Source: Vicugna vicugna (lineage: Eukaryota). Taken from it: a stretch of DNA of 64,000 nt. Within the stretch, counting starts at the first letter, position 1; each line of letters begins with the position of its first letter. Both the position numbers and the translations under genes were made by a program. Below the pieces are notes generated by a model, which did not search any database, was not told the DNA's origin, and saw only the letters and a program-made list of their open reading frames with translations. Below, piece by piece: positions 61,994 through 64,000 of the stretch. The stretch covers positions 3,477,895 through 3,541,894 of the forward strand of contig MU058844.1 of assembly GCA_013265495.1 (NCBI GenBank). Direction: 5' to 3'.

Positions 61994-63185
61994 AAGGCTC
62001 CCCACTGGGATGTGTCCGCTCCTTTAGCAGTCTCTCTTATCAGCATCAGCTGGGCTGCTTTCTTTGTATGTGGCCCCAGGTGTCCACATGACACCAGCTG
62101 TCTGTATTAGACGAGGTTACCACGTGTGGAGTTGGTTACCACAAAGGGAGAGATGTGCTCCATTGCTGGAAGAACAGGACATGCTGCACAGATACAGGCA
62201 GAGTACGTTTGCTCCACACTCCTGTGTACAGCCTACCCCAGCAGGGACTGGAATTCGAGGCCTTCCAGGTATATAGGGTAGGACCAAATGGTAGGGTTAG
62301 GAGCATGTGTTCTTTAGGGCCTTGTATGACTGTTTCCTTTTGCATCTGGAACTGACTCTACATTGTCTTCAGTGAAGACTGATTCAACTTTGCATACCGA
62401 GGAGCCAAAGAGAGGTTTCAGCTCTGTATCTGTAGTATCAGTTGGCAAAAAATAAAAAGAAATAATGAATCAATCAAGTGAATCTGATACTCCATTTGAT
62501 TATTGTAAATATTTGATTTTAAATCACTTGACGTGTTTGTTTGAATTGTGTTTGTTTTTTCTTTCATGGGTTTAAAAGAAATCATCCAAAGGGAGAAAGA
62601 GCAAGTATGCCACTTTTTAACAAAAAAATAGAAACTTTCACTCTTTTGTAATCCAAAGGAGATATCTGCAGCAAGCTTGACTTTACCGATTCTGAACGAG
62701 ATTTTCATGGACATTTATATTACAGAGACCTTGTTATGGTGCAGTCTTCAGTCTATTCCTATATCTTCCTTGTGATTTTTTTTTCTTTTAATGTAGTTTG
62801 ACTATGCCTTACCTTTGTAAATATTTTGGCTTGTATTGTCTCAGAGGGGATATCTTGGAAGGACACCAAAACAATGGCTCACTTTTTTTCTTTTTAAACT
62901 TCAGCTGTGCTAAACAGTGTATTACCTCTGTACAAAATTCTTCAGGGAGTGTCACCTCAAATGCAATATTTTAGATTGGTTTCTTTCCTTTTTCAGAACA
63001 ATGTGTGCGAAACTGGAAGTGTGTGTGTGCGTACAGGCACCCCGTCGACAGGCGAAAGGCATATGATTGTGAAGGAGGGAGACTTAAGTGGCTCCATTAT
63101 ATTCACGGTGTAAAGTTTTGAGCTGAAACTTATTATAAGAATGTAAAACCTTAAATTATTAATAAATAACTATTTTGGCTATCAA
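61994..63185 (+). other. DUSP6: DUSP6 3'UTR (3' end approximate)
   Basis: AT-rich sequence after the stop. Two TGTAAATA Pumilio elements (62504, 62816), AACTGGAA at 63011, and AATAAA at 63161. Confidence 0.75.
63161..63166 (+). terminator. Probable DUSP6 polyadenylation signal
   Basis: AATAAA about 1.17 kb after the stop, followed by a TG/T-rich tract (tgtgtatttctt). Confidence 0.7.
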
Positions 63186-64000
63186 ATGTGTATTTCTTAA
63201 AATTCTCTCCTTAATTGTACTTAACATAGGAAGGGACACATTTTAGGACTTCCTCAGTTGGGGACTGATGTTGGCCTGTAAAATACCTGTAGGAATAAAT
63301 AGCAGGGCAGAGTTCTCATCTTTTAAACTCCCAAGAATTTTTCAGGTACAGTCTATGAAATTAATCTTTTGCTTTGAATAAAAATGACAGAAGGGATTGA
63401 CTTTCTCCCTCGTGGACATCTAGTTCAGATTAGCATCTAGTTCTGGCTTATTTAAGAAAATTGAATTCCTCTTGAAGAATGAAGCCATAGAGCACAGCTT
63501 GCTGAAGTGTAAGATTTGGATATTCATGAACAGTCACAAAGAGGGCACCAGAATAACAAGGTGACTGTCAGTGTTAGCCTCTCCTTCCCTGTGGGCATCT
63601 TCTGCTCAATAATACTTAGACACGCCAAGGAGAAAGTAGAGCTAATTCTTCTTCAGGTTGGTAAGTGACAGTTGTACCTGCAAATTATCCTACTGTTGGA
63701 ACAACAAATAAATCAGGAATGGTGTCTCCCCTTTCCTTTCTCATGTACAGGGCAAGGCATAGCTAAGCTTTCTCACTGAGCCTGGATGTGGTTACCGTTT
63801 CACGCTGGCTCTTGAAGCATTGTCACTCCGGTTCTTATGTGCTTCGCACTTAACTGGTTTAGAATGTGGGCCAGAAACCCCTACTGAACTTGATGTTGAG
63901 GTTATTTTGAACAGTTTTCTTTCTAGGTGAAGGCTTAATAGCCTGTCATTTTCCTGGGAACATCCCTCTCCTTGTCCTGAGTGTCTAAATACACAAGTCA

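Overview
Mammalian genomic DNA, probably camelid (inferred from Vic-1-like tRNA-derived SINEs and the L1 3'UTR type). The only host protein-coding gene I can support is a complete three-exon DUSP6 (MKP-3) on the + strand: CDS 59210-59609, 60221-60658, 61686-61993, 381 aa. Its CpG-island promoter, 5'UTR uORF and regulatory 3'UTR are also visible. The ~56 kb upstream is non-coding and repeat-rich. The first 7.7 kb holds three endogenous retroviruses. (1) A deleted class I provirus (+) apparently inserted into (2) an opposite-strand class I provirus. (3) A complete 2.6-kb non-autonomous element (5113-7701, -) with a 5-bp TSD, tRNA-Arg PBS, ERV-L-type integrase remnant and an env remnant (signal peptide + CWAC motif) that the ORF track misses. 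Its two LTRs retain complementary promoter and poly(A) signals, which makes it the most unusual item here. The rest is L1, L2, MIR, hAT and SINE fragments plus a few candidate enhancer motifs. All repeat family names come from visual recognition, not database searches. I see no firm evidence of a new biological system, only testable hypotheses.
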